A stretch of DNA of 64,000 nucleotides, from contig JAVRCV020000036.1 of assembly GCA_034530615.2 (NCBI GenBank), forward strand, positions 32,001 through 96,000, in the 5' to 3' direction. The DNA is from Aulosira sp. ZfuVER01 (GTDB lineage: Bacteria > Cyanobacteriota > Cyanobacteriia > Cyanobacteriales > Nostocaceae). The notes below the pieces were generated by a model. It had not been told where the DNA came from and made no database searches. It was given only the letters and a program-made list of their open reading frames with translations. The position numbers and the translations under genes are program-made. Below are positions 42,204 through 53,649 of this stretch, in pieces. Position 1 is the stretch's first letter. Each line of letters begins with the position of its first letter.

Positions 42204-43208
42204 TTAAACTTGAACTGCTAGTTTGGCTTCCTTTGCTGTTAAACGCTCGTAAGCATCACGCATTTTCAAACCGGTTAGCACTTGGAACAAACCAGTTCCG
42301 TTGTTGGAACCTGGATACTCCCGGTGCTGGAGTAACAAGTGGGTCATCTCACCTTGGTATTTGGTGGATGTTTTACTCAGATGGGTTTCGATGTAAATGA
42401 CTTCTTCTAAATTGTCAAATTGACCGTCTACCTCTAATACGGAGACGTAACGACCGTAGTAAACATCTGAACCGTAGTACAGTTGCATACCAGGGTAGGA
42501 ACAAGTCAGCTTACGTCCGCAAGGTGTCCAGTTAATTGTTGAACCTTCATCAAAGAGGTAGGTTGGCTCAAAGCCTTCTTTCCCTTCGCGTTGGAGCATC
42601 CGTACCCGCAGGACTTTGCGCTCTGTGTCGTTTTTAATTAAGTTGGTGGGCAATACTTGCAGAACCACATCGGCAAATTCTCTTTGTGGCTCAATAAACT
42701 TATCAAAATCAGGCTTGCGGGAATTGATTTGAGCTAAGACATCTTCATAGCGATGTCCCCTTTCCGCCATGTCGCGCTGGATTTTCCAAGCAATTTTGAC
42801 TTCGTCGCTGATATCAAAATAAACACTGAAGTCAATTAGCGATCGCACCCGTTCATCATATAAAGGATGCAGTCCTTCAACCACTATGATATGATTTGGC
42901 TCGATCCGTTCTGGCGGATCAATCATGCCGGTTTCGTGGTTGTAAATCGGTTTATCAATTGCTTGACCATTTTTGAGCGCTTTAATTTGCTCATACATCA
43001 GGTCAAAGTTGTTCGCCCTAGGATCGAGTGCTGTGATCCCGGTTTCTTTGCGCTGTTTGCGATCTAGGGAATGATAGTCATCTAAACAGATAACTGTCAT
43101 TAAATCTTCACCAAACAAATCGATCAAACGACGCAAAAATGTAGATTTACCGCACCCAGAGTCCCCAGCTACTCCAATTAGTACCACGCGTTCCGGCTTA
43201 CTCGTCAT
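42204..43208 (-). CDS. prk: Phosphoribulokinase
   Basis: GDSGCGKST, ICLDDYHSLDR, KIQRDMAERGH, PCGRKL. Confidence 0.98.
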   Translation of the reverse strand: MTSKPERVVLIGVAGDSGCGKSTFLRRLIDLFGEDLMTVICLDDYHSLDRKQRKETGITALDPRANNFDLMYEQIKALKNGQAIDKPIYNHETGMIDPPERIEPNHIIVVEGLHPLYDERVRSLIDFSVYFDISDEVKIAWKIQRDMAERGHRYEDVLAQINSRKPDFDKFIEPQREFADVVLQVLPTNLIKNDTERKVLRVRMLQREGKEGFEPTYLFDEGSTINWTPCGRKLTCSYPGMQLYYGSDVYYGRYVSVLEVDGQFDNLEEVIYIETHLSKTSTKYQGEMTHLLLQHREYPGSNNGTGLFQVLTGLKMRDAYERLTAKEAKLAVQV

Positions 43209-44201
43209 AAATCTCCTCTCGATACTAAAAGATGTGTCAATTAAAGTTTTTCACACAGCAGATTTTGAAGCCAAGAGTTTACCCATTGGTTTTTCCGGCG
43301 TTCTTATTACCCACAGCGCCATAAAGAAGTTCAGACGGGTATAAAACAAAGTAATAGTTGTTACTCGCCTGCCTAGCCTGAGTTTGTTGCTGGTAAGTAT
43401 TTAATCCTAGTGGTATATTTGATTTTAACAGAAGGGGTTATTCTATACAAGTTTACTGTCAGGAAGAATCTAGCGGTTCATCGATCGTGTTAATGATTTA
43501 GTTGCGAATTTGAAAAGACATCTCTTGAATACCCACAAGCGGTCTGGTAAGGACTGCTAGGTATTTGTAACCCTATTAATCAAGTTTATAATGTATGGTT
43601 TTCTCTGTCCGCAAATTTTTTGCAATTTTGGAATTTTAATTTGCGATCGCGTAATACTCCAGCAATTCATCAGCCAAAATCTATCTAAAGAATGAGTTCC
43701 CAAGTGAGAGGAAAAAATTTTGGTTGTAGCTTTATGAACATAGTCAATTACATCTGACGCTTTCGGAAACTGTATTGTTAGAGGTTGACAGATCTATCAC
43801 ATCAAGTAAAACTTATTATAATTGTTTATATTTCGCCTCCCTGTAACATTTTTACGGAGAGGCATATCGTGCAGTAAAACAAATCTCAGTTAATGTCCGC
43901 CGGGATACCGGGAATCGCTGAGAAGCCTATACTGTACTGCTTGCAGTCAGCATAGAAGTTAACTAACTTCACGAAAAAAACATTAAATTGACTCATTATT
44001 AACATTCTCCAAACGACTTATCCTCTAACTTAGAAGGTGAACAGGTGTGTTTTTGCGCTGCCTGCATGTCTTTGGTGAGTGTACTTAGCAAGGCATTATT
44101 TATTGATGCCACTTTCCTAGAACGCCAGTTTTGTGAAGCGAAAATCCGGTAAACTTAAAGCTGGCTTGTGATAGGAAAAGTTTTTTTTGAAAAACGGTTA
44201 A

Positions 44202-45533
<1,332 letters not shown>

Positions 45534-45558
45534 GTTCTGAATACTGAGTTTTGAGTGT

Positions 45559-45583
45559 GTAGGTTGGGCAATGCCCAACCTAC
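45559..45583. repeat. GTAG REP-like perfect palindrome / possible petH terminator
   Basis: GTAGGTTGGGCA-A-TGCCCAACCTAC. Confidence 0.75.
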
Positions 45584-45752
45584 AATTGTTTTCAGGCCTA
45601 ATAACTAGACCTGTGGCAAAAATCCGAATTAAGATAAAAAAGAACTACAGATGAACACAGATAATTATCGGTGTTTATCGGTGTTTATCTGTGGTTTGAT
45701 AACCAAAATATTGATATATCCAAGAGGTTAACTGAGTAATAATTTATTACTT

Positions 45753-45855
45753 ATACTATTTCACTTTAATAGTGATACAAATACACGGGTAAGGGTTAGC
45801 AATGTTAAACCCCTACGAAACATCTATCTGTATCAGGATTTTTGTGAATTGGTAT
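45753..45855. mobile_element. About 103-bp MITE-like element, ends ATACYRWTTCAC...GTGAAWTGGTAT
   Basis: Shares both ends (TTTCACTTTAA..TGATACAAATA and TGTATCAGGATTTT.GTGAA.TGGTATC) with 55412-55519. Confidence 0.75.
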
Positions 45856-45895
45856 CAAGACTGAAAACTTAAAACTGGAATTTGGTACAAAAATT

Positions 45896-47194
45896 GTGGG
45901 TGTAAAACTAGGAATATTGGGATTAGGTACTGTAGGCACGGGTACTGTACAGTTGTTACAAGATACCACTGGGCGTCACCCGTTATTGCAGGAAATAGAA
46001 ATATATCGAGTGGGAGTGCGATCGCTTGATAAACCCCGTGAGGTAGAACTACCAGAGGGAGTAATTACAACAGACTTAGAAGCTATAGTTAACGATCCAG
46101 CAGTAGATATAGTTGTCGAAGTCATGGGTGGATTGGAACCAGCGCGATCGCTGATTCTTAAAGCACTACAAAACGGGAAACACGTTGTCACCGCCAATAA
46201 AGCGGCGATCGCCCGCTTTGGGCATGAAATCTTCACAACTGCCAATCAAGCAGGGGTATATGTCTTGCTAGAAGCAGCAGTTGGTGGTGGTATCCCTGTG
46301 ATTCAACCCCTCAAGCAGTCTTTAAGTGTGAACCGCATTCACACCGTCACAGGTATAGTCAACGGTACTACCAACTACATTCTGACAAGGATGCAAAAAG
46401 AAGGTAGCAATTTTGAGGATGTGTTGGCTGATGCCCAAAGATTAGGCTATGCAGAAGCCGATCCCACCGCCGATGTCGATGGCTTAGACGCAGCAGATAA
46501 AATTGCCATCCTCGCCTCATTAGCTTTTGGTGGACGCATTCACCTACAAGATGTTTATTGTGAAGGCATTCGGCAAGTTAGTAAAACAGATATTGCCTAT
46601 GCCGAGAAATTGGGGTTTGTGATTAAATTGCTAGCGATCGCCAAAATTCATAGTAGCGATAACTCAAAACTATCTGTAAGAGTTCATCCTACCTTAGTTA
46701 CTCAAGCACACCCTTTAGCTAGCATCAACGGCGTGTATAATGCCATTCTTGTGGAAGGAGAACCAATCGGGCAAGTAATGTTTTTTGGCCCTGGTGCGGG
46801 TGCTGGTGCAACCGCCAGTGCTGTAACCGCAGATATTTTAAATCTAGCGGCAACGCTCAAAACAGAAAAAGCCAGCACTACTCAACCCAATCCTTTATTA
46901 GCTTGTGGGCATCAAGACTACTGTCAAATTGCACCCATAGCCGAATTAGTAACTCGCTTTTATACCCGATTCTTAACTAAAGATCAACCAGGAGTCATTG
47001 GCAAACTAGGTACTTGCTTTGGCAATTACGGCGTTAGCTTAGAGTCTGTTGTCCAAACTGGTTTTCAGGGAGAACTAGCAGAGATTGTGGTTGTTACCCA
47101 TGATGTTAAAGAAGGTAACTTTCACCAAGCTTTGGCAGAAATTCAAAACTTGGAAGCCATAGACAGCATTCCTAGCTTACTGCGCGTACTGTGA
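45896..47194 (+). CDS. hom: Homoserine dehydrogenase with C-terminal ACT domain
   Basis: GLGTVG, VVTANK, EAAVGGGIP, NGTTNYIL, GYAEADP, GPGAG, DQPGVIG. Confidence 0.97.
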   Translation: MGVKLGILGLGTVGTGTVQLLQDTTGRHPLLQEIEIYRVGVRSLDKPREVELPEGVITTDLEAIVNDPAVDIVVEVMGGLEPARSLILKALQNGKHVVTANKAAIARFGHEIFTTANQAGVYVLLEAAVGGGIPVIQPLKQSLSVNRIHTVTGIVNGTTNYILTRMQKEGSNFEDVLADAQRLGYAEADPTADVDGLDAADKIAILASLAFGGRIHLQDVYCEGIRQVSKTDIAYAEKLGFVIKLLAIAKIHSSDNSKLSVRVHPTLVTQAHPLASINGVYNAILVEGEPIGQVMFFGPGAGAGATASAVTADILNLAATLKTEKASTTQPNPLLACGHQDYCQIAPIAELVTRFYTRFLTKDQPGVIGKLGTCFGNYGVSLESVVQTGFQGELAEIVVVTHDVKEGNFHQALAEIQNLEAIDSIPSLLRVL

Positions 47195-47474
47195 TGAATA
47201 ATCCAATTTGACTCAAGAAGTCTGAATGGCGATCGCTTTCCAATACACGTAGGCGATCGCCTTAGAGGTAGGAGTGGCATTGGCATAAATAGCACCGGCA
47301 GCATCAATGGACTTTAATTACTCGCGCTCACAGTTCCAACACCCTAGCAATTGCCAACTTTGAATCCATTATCTTTTCTTTGTAGAATCTTAGGGATTTC
47401 TCACAAATAAATTAACCACACAGACACAGAAATAAGGGATTTCCCTATTTGGTAGTCCCTTAGTCTAATTCTTC

Positions 47475-49112
47475 CTAATAGGCTGATTGTAATGGGGGAG
47501 CATTTCTTCTTTCAGGTACAGGATTAGTACCATCCCAAACAGCTCGCTGTCCATCAGCATTAATTAGAGTGATTTTTACTCTTTGTGAGGTGAAATTATT
47601 GGCAAAATCGTGTACCCATACTAACCATTCGTCTTCTGGAAGTGCGTTCAGCCCATTAAAATTAATTTGCAATTTTCTACAAAACTCTCCAGGATTACTA
47701 GGGTCAGGGTCTAGTGTAGAGATATAGTCTTGTTTAACTTCAATCCTTGTTTCTGGTTTTTCATTCTTGTTTTCGTCTAAATACACCATTTGCACTATTC
47801 CCCCCCCAGCTTGGGATAAATGCTCTCCAGCAAGGGTAAGTTGCGGATTTGTATTCCAGTCTTCAGGTTCACCCCACAAGACTACTTGGGTGATATTGGG
47901 GCCAGCTTTGCGGACAGCTTTACCACCAATGTAGCCACCAGCACTGATTCCCATGAGTACCAAAATTTCCTGGGGGATGGATGGTAAAGAGGATGCAGTT
48001 GTATAGGTAACTAAGAGAATGACGATAAAAGCAATACCAATAATCAGGTTCCAAACTACCTGCTGTACCCGTTCTAAAGCTACTACCCCACCATGCACCA
48101 CCAAATCTGACCAAGCAGGATTAACGTCCCCAGATCCCTTACTACCACGGAATGTAGAGGTTGCCTGTGCCGTCACCAGTGTTACTAAACTAATCAAAAA
48201 AGTATAGGCGAATCCTGATAAAGGAATGAATTCCCAAATGCCTTGGATGACTCCGCGGCCAATGAACAGAAATAAATAGCCAAAAACAATTATAGTTAGC
48301 CACCATACAAACTGGACACGTGCCAGACTAAAGGTGTTTGTCTGACGCTCCAGAATCAACCACTCTAATGAATTGAGGTTTTTTTGATTGCTCTTTTTGA
48401 GCGAATTCGATGGCAAGTTTGCATTTTTGGACTCTGTAGCCAGCGCATAGATAATTACCACAATGATGAGCGTTACAAGAGTAGCAAGTGCAAACACAAT
48501 CAATGTCGTCAACCCGCTTACAGGACGCATTACATTGACCTGAAGTTGCTCCTCTGTAACTTGAGGGTCAATGCTAGTTGCATTTCCTCCAACTTCCACA
48601 CTTACAGGATGTTTTCCTCGACCCAATTTCCGTAGCTGCTCATTACTAAAAGTGGCAAAAATTGCCTTTCTATCTTCTGAGATTCTGATATTAGTAGTGG
48701 TAGCAACATCAGGGGGATTACCGATTTTGACTGCGATTTTATTTTTGAGCGAATTGTCTGGTTGGGGAAAATTGTCTCCTGTTACCACTAAATTGAGTTT
48801 TTCTTGGCCGTAACCTCTAATATTTTCTGGTACAAGTGACTGAGGAATGCTGACATACAATTCTTTAGGGCTAACGTTCCTAATTGAAGTTACATCAGGT
48901 GCAATTAGCGCTTCATTGGTACTTTGCGAAATATAAGTTGTACTATCTGTCTGAGTAGAGTTGATATTAGTTGGCTGGTTAGCGCTATCATCTTGCCGTG
49001 CTTGACTCACACCTACAGTAGTGAATAAGAAGATGCACACCAGCGCCAAAGATAGCAGAGGGTAATAATACCTCTTGCTTATTCGTTTCCAGGACATTTT
49101 GAATAGGCGCAT
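47475..49112 (-). CDS. Hypothetical membrane protein: signal peptide, Ig/IPT-like beta domains, about 5 TM helices
   Basis: GDNFP / GEHL beta-domain starts; paired SLARVQFVWW and ALERVQQVVW helices; LMGISAGGYIGGK. Confidence 0.7.
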   Translation of the reverse strand: MRLFKMSWKRISKRYYYPLLSLALVCIFLFTTVGVSQARQDDSANQPTNINSTQTDSTTYISQSTNEALIAPDVTSIRNVSPKELYVSIPQSLVPENIRGYGQEKLNLVVTGDNFPQPDNSLKNKIAVKIGNPPDVATTTNIRISEDRKAIFATFSNEQLRKLGRGKHPVSVEVGGNATSIDPQVTEEQLQVNVMRPVSGLTTLIVFALATLVTLIIVVIIYALATESKNANLPSNSLKKSNQKNLNSLEWLILERQTNTFSLARVQFVWWLTIIVFGYLFLFIGRGVIQGIWEFIPLSGFAYTFLISLVTLVTAQATSTFRGSKGSGDVNPAWSDLVVHGGVVALERVQQVVWNLIIGIAFIVILLVTYTTASSLPSIPQEILVLMGISAGGYIGGKAVRKAGPNITQVVLWGEPEDWNTNPQLTLAGEHLSQAGGGIVQMVYLDENKNEKPETRIEVKQDYISTLDPDPSNPGEFCRKLQINFNGLNALPEDEWLVWVHDFANNFTSQRVKITLINADGQRAVWDGTNPVPERRNAPPLQSAY

Positions 49113-49455
49113 AAATTATTGTAAGAGTATCCCTGAGCTACTTAATAGAGATGAATAAACCTAATGTGTGATTTTCTCGATCTAGCCTTCAGAAACCAAT
49201 TTCTCGGTTGAAAATACTGGGGGCTTGTAGATCGTTAGGTTTTTAATGCATCTCAGTATTCCTTGTTTATTAAACTGCTCACAGTGGACTGAGGTAATGA
49301 TTTGTAATTTTATTTAGTATTCAGCAGTCTAATTTGAGAAATCCTCATGTCGCTTCAGAGTGTAGCACCCCCTGCTATTTTAGCGATCGCGTCCATTACC
49401 CACACTACTAATACGAGTAACATAAATTACACTTATTTAACTCTGTAGATGGCTC

Positions 49456-49545
49456 ATGCCAAAAATTGTTGTATTTAGTGGTGCAGGCCTTTCAGTAGAA
49501 AGCGGTATTCCAACTTTTAGAGGTTCAGGAGGGTTATGGGAAGGG
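49456..49545 (+). pseudogene. N-terminal fragment of a Sir2/CobB sirtuin
   Basis: [30 protein letters not shown], after which similarity stops and the frame runs into repeats. Confidence 0.85.
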
Positions 49546-49728
49546 CAAAAGTCAGTCAGTGGGCGATCGGAATTGGGTAGGGGAGATGATGATTTACCAC
49601 CAACCCCCTTCACAGGAATTCAAAATTTAAAATTAATAACCCCACGGATGAATCCGGGGGCTGGAATTAAAGTTGTAGAGCTGGCATTGCCCACCCTACG
49701 CAGAAGTCTAACTTTCAGAAATTTAAGT

Positions 49729-50593
49729 TTACAAGCTTTGAACTGCTTGAGTTGTCTTCACCGGAAAGCGAAAAACAGCAATAATTGCTCTGACGGTAAA
49801 CACAAACATTGCCATAGCGCCAATAGCAAATATAATATCCCCAGGTATTCGTAACCACACAGTCCAGCGCATCCAAGGACTGCTAATTACTTCAGCACTC
49901 CGCGCATACCAAGTACCGTAATTAATCGACTGTGCAAGTTGGTAGAAACCATTAGGAATTAAGCCAAAAATCAGCATTCCCATCAAACCACCATTGATTG
50001 TCCAGAAATAAAAGCGTAACAACCATTCATGCCAAGCATCTTCTGGGACAAATTCTCGTAAAGCAAATAGCATCAAAGCTAATGCTAAACAGCCATAAAC
50101 ACCAAATAAGGCTGCATGAGCATGAATTGGTGTGGTATTTAAACCTTGGGAGTAATAGAGAACAATTGGCGGATTTATTAAGAAACCAAACACTCCTGCA
50201 CCGATTAAATTCCAAAAACAGGTAGCAAGAAAAAAGCGTAAAGGCCAACGGTAAAAACCTTCTGCTTCCTGAGATAATTTCAGCGTTTTTAATACCTCAA
50301 ACCCAATTAGCGATAAAAGTACTACCGTGTCCCCAAATGCTGCCAATATGTTGCCCACCACGAGCCAGATAAGTTTCTTGTCCAGCCTGAATTTCTGCCT
50401 TTGTCAGGATGACTTCTTGTTGCGGAGAACGTACAAATTCAGGAACAGGAGGAGCATTTTTCCAAATTACTGCTCCTGCTGCCAATAAAGCTGTAAAAGT
50501 AACGATACAAATCAGTACTAACCAAGCAGGTAAACTGAGCGATCGCCTACGAGCAGATGTAAGATTATCTGCAACTACCGTGGTATTAGCCAT
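49729..50593 (-). pseudogene. norB: Quinol-dependent nitric oxide reductase with large internal deletion and frameshift
   Basis: N-part ...GGQHIGSIWGHGS joined out of frame at about 50322 to C-part (FWNLIGAGVFGFLINPP..YYSQGLNTTPIHAHAALFGVYG, WYARS, LRIPGD). Confidence 0.88.
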
Positions 50594-50633
50594 AGCCAAA
50601 ACTCCAAAATCGCTTGAGCTATAGTGATAGATA

Positions 50634-51125
50634 TTAAGCAGTTACAGTCAATTTAGCTTGTTCGCGAGCATCGACTACTAAAACTAAACATAAAGTTGCG
50701 ATCGCCTTTTGCCATTCTTGCCGTACCTGAGCATTTTCCACACCATCAAATAATGCGATCAACCGAGGAACAGAAGCTTCTAAAGCAGCACGTGGTACAG
50801 GACGGTGTAAATCCACTAAGTTAGTTAAACTTTCGCGATTATTAAGAAATCCAATTACCCAAGCTGTTGTATGCTCCGGGCCATCAGGAACGCGCTTAAC
50901 TCCTAATTGATTTTTTAGCCAGTTGTAAAAAGGTGGTAATTCTTGAGCTAAAACTGCTCCTGCTGTTGGTAATGTTTCCTTCAGTAAATTAGTGTTTAAG
51001 CTACCTAGCTCTTGATTTAATTCAGATGATTCGAAAACTTCAGCTAGTGGCTTTGAGAGTATTGCTTCTAACTGAGTTTGAGAGAAGTTTAAGTGTTGAC
51101 TAAAAGTTGAAATTAGGGATTGCAT
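50634..51125 (-). CDS. Hypothetical protein of the norB-linked operon
   Basis: 163-aa ORF with GAGGA RBS, co-oriented between cupin gene and norB. Confidence 0.75.
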   Translation of the reverse strand: MQSLISTFSQHLNFSQTQLEAILSKPLAEVFESSELNQELGSLNTNLLKETLPTAGAVLAQELPPFYNWLKNQLGVKRVPDGPEHTTAWVIGFLNNRESLTNLVDLHRPVPRAALEASVPRLIALFDGVENAQVRQEWQKAIATLCLVLVVDAREQAKLTVTA

Positions 51126-51150
51126 AATTCATTCCTCAATAAATAACTAA

Positions 51151-51498
51151 CTAATTTATCTCTGCTACTTTTTCAGAAAGTATGAGCAAGAATGCAAGGT
51201 TTTCTTCGGCTTGTAAAGCATGAGGTGCATTAGCAGGCATGAAAACTAAAATACCAGGCTCAAGGACAATATTTTTACCTGATAAAGTTAGTAAACCTCT
51301 GCCTTCAATGACATTGACCGTGGCATTGCGAGTTGAAGTGTGTTCGGAAATTTCAGTAGTTGCTGCTAGGCAAAATAGAGTATATTGACAAACTCGATCT
51401 TTGATTAATACTTTACTCAGAACTCCGCTATGGGGATATTCAATTTGTTCTCGCAGTTGGATAACGCAAGATTGATTTGTTGTGATTGTAGAACTCAT
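51151..51498 (-). CDS. Cupin domain protein
   Basis: ISEHTS..A.V.VIEG.G, MPANAPHAL. Confidence 0.88.
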   Translation of the reverse strand: MSSTITTNQSCVIQLREQIEYPHSGVLSKVLIKDRVCQYTLFCLAATTEISEHTSTRNATVNVIEGRGLLTLSGKNIVLEPGILVFMPANAPHALQAEENLAFLLILSEKVAEIN

Positions 51499-51560
51499 AT
51501 TTTTGCAGGGTAATTAATGCCAATTAACACACTAGCGTGTCAATTTTGCGGTGAATTATA

Positions 51561-52337
51561 TTACTCAGAAACAGCGCACATAATGATGTAACCTAATTCA
51601 TGGCGGTATTGATGAAAAACTTGGCGCATTTCTAAAACACGCTTGCGAATAGATTGCTGTGTCAAAATATTCCACAAAATCCGCATTGTGTTCAAAATGC
51701 CTTCATCTTGCAATATTCGTCGCAAATTCAATAAATTCATGGAGCCAGTGCAATGCTGTTGCACTTGTAATCCTGCCGTTGCTAAAGCATCTATCCAATT
51801 AGCTTCAGAAAGTGGTGTAGAATTAACTCGAATTATCTTTGCTAAATCAGCATGAATTTGTTCTTCTTTGCCACGAGCTAAAAGTTCATGAGAGAGGAAT
51901 TTTCCTCCTGGTTTGAGCCGATTATGAATTTCCTGCAAAACCTTAGCTTTCCCCTGTGGAGATTGCATAGTAAGAATTGCTTCTGCTAAAACATAATCAA
52001 ATAGCCCTGGTATTTTATCCAGGTGAAATATATCACCTTCAATAATTTCCACTTGATTTTCTAAGCCAGCAGCGCGAATATTGGCACGCGCATAAGCAAC
52101 GCTCTGCGAATCTTTTTCTATTCCCAAGACTTTTACATGGTAGCGTTGCGCCAGAGCGATCGCACTATAACCAAAGCTAGAAGCTAGCTCTAAAACCGTC
52201 TCTCCAGGGTTGAAATTTGCCCACTGAAATAATTGCTCTGTAGCTATCCGTCCACCAGGACGCAAATATTTTTTGCCTGCTGCTGCTAAAACTTGGTGTC
52301 CGGAGGCGGTTGGGAAATTAAGGGTAGGGTTGGTCAT
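51561..52337 (-). CDS. Class I SAM-dependent methyltransferase
   Basis: LRPGG, VLELASSFG, GDI, FDYVLAEAILTM, LKPGGKFLSHE. Confidence 0.9.
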   Translation of the reverse strand: MTNPTLNFPTASGHQVLAAAGKKYLRPGGRIATEQLFQWANFNPGETVLELASSFGYSAIALAQRYHVKVLGIEKDSQSVAYARANIRAAGLENQVEIIEGDIFHLDKIPGLFDYVLAEAILTMQSPQGKAKVLQEIHNRLKPGGKFLSHELLARGKEEQIHADLAKIIRVNSTPLSEANWIDALATAGLQVQQHCTGSMNLLNLRRILQDEGILNTMRILWNILTQQSIRKRVLEMRQVFHQYRHELGYIIMCAVSE

Positions 52338-52396
52338 CTGTGTGACCCTCTGAACTCATCTTACCTCCACTCTGCCACTCATTTCTCTTGCTGTCT

Positions 52397-52410
52397 TTGA
52401 GGTAGCTCAG
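52397..52410. promoter_or_regulatory. Putative FNR/DNR-type box TTGA-GGTAGC-TCAG
   Basis: TTGA-N6-TCAA-like; 60 bp upstream of the methyltransferase-cupin-norB operon; nearly identical box at 55733-55746. Confidence 0.55.
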
Positions 52411-52484
52411 AGAAGAAAAAAGATATGGCTGTTTCTGAAAAAGGTCGATTAGACTATGAATCAAATGTTGCTGAGTATAAAAAA

Positions 52485-52712
52485 ATGAATCGCAAGACAG
52501 CTAGCACATGGTTAATTTTGTTGTTCTTGATATTTGTGGGTTTTGGGGATAGCTTTCTACCCAAACCCTTAAGTACGGCTAGCTTACACACTCGCACAAG
52601 CATCAATCAATTTTTTGTTGGGTTGTTTCCGAGTTGGCAACCCAGAACTCGTCCTAATGCACGTACAGAAAGGGCTGTAGAAGAGATTGAAAACGGTGGT
52701 TCCAAGAAATAG
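52485..52712 (+). CDS. Small conserved hypothetical membrane protein
   Basis: MNRKTASTWLILLFLIFVGFGDSFLPKPL...P..RTE..VEEIE; start uncertain (52425 possible). Confidence 0.65.
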   Translation: MNRKTASTWLILLFLIFVGFGDSFLPKPLSTASLHTRTSINQFFVGLFPSWQPRTRPNARTERAVEEIENGGSKK

Positions 52713-53067
52713 AAAAATTCTCAAGTTTAGAATCAACTGATAAAACGATAAAGCATTTCCTCATCTGCGTTTATCTGTCTTGAAAAGTTTTGCGCCGGGA
52801 AACCCGGACGCGCAAACTTTTCGCTGCATCCATCCTCTTCTATCGGCGGTTAATTCTTTCTTGTTCTCACGAATGTGAGAATCGCTATAAATTTCACAAT
52901 CCTTTTTAGTTTTAACAACAGGCTTAAGTTGGGGCTTAACTTCTAATCTTGACTGGTGTATACCATTCGCATGTAACAGACTTGAGAAAGTCTATAGCCC
53001 CCATACAATCCAATTGAAATAAAGGCTGAAATTTTTTTCAGTTTTGATTGCATTGTGAAACGAACGG

Positions 53068-53649
53068 ATGAACCTTCTACGAACCCTCCGCCAACACGGT
53101 CAATCCGTCTGGCTTGATGGTCTTGAGCGAAATTTGATTCTCACAGGTCAGTTGCAGCGATTAATTGACAACGGCTTGCGCGGTTTCATCTCCAACTTCA
53201 CGAGTTTAGATCAAGCAATTCGACAGGAGAGCTACGAGCGAGACTTTCGAGCCATTAAGCGTCAATCAGATATCAATGCTCAATCGCTCTATGCATATCT
53301 CACGATTCAAGATATGCAGCTAGCGGCTGATTTGATGAAAGCCGTTCATAACCTAACCCATGCTGGTGATGGCTTTGTTAATTTAGATCTACCGCCCCAG
53401 TTTGCACTTACTACTCAAGCCACTTTGACTGAAGCCCGTCGGCTTTGGCAAACGGTGGGGTGGTCTAATTTTATGCTCAAAATTCCCGCAACTTCTGTTA
53501 CCGTTTCAGTAATTGAGCAACTGATCCATAAGGGCATCAACATCAATGTGACCTTGCTCTTTTCCCAAGCTATCTACGAACAGGTCGCAGAGGCGTACTT
53601 GAGAGGACTAGAAGCCTTGTCGATTAGACATCGCCGCAGTAACGAGTGA
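53068..53649 (+). pseudogene. Truncated transaldolase-family gene (N-terminal half)
   Basis: GQSVWLD, AADL, DGFV.L.L.P, MLKIPAT, GININVTLLFS...YEQVAEAYLRGLE, then an abrupt end. Confidence 0.8.

Noticed and set aside
43840..43858. Possible NtcA site (GTAACATTTTTAC) in the prk-petH intergenic region
   Set aside because: Spacing is GTA-N7-TAC rather than N8; cannot be supported from sequence alone
49729..50599. norB as two real genes or a programmed frameshift
   Set aside because: The two parts together cover well under half of a qNor, so the central catalytic region is missing regardless of frame
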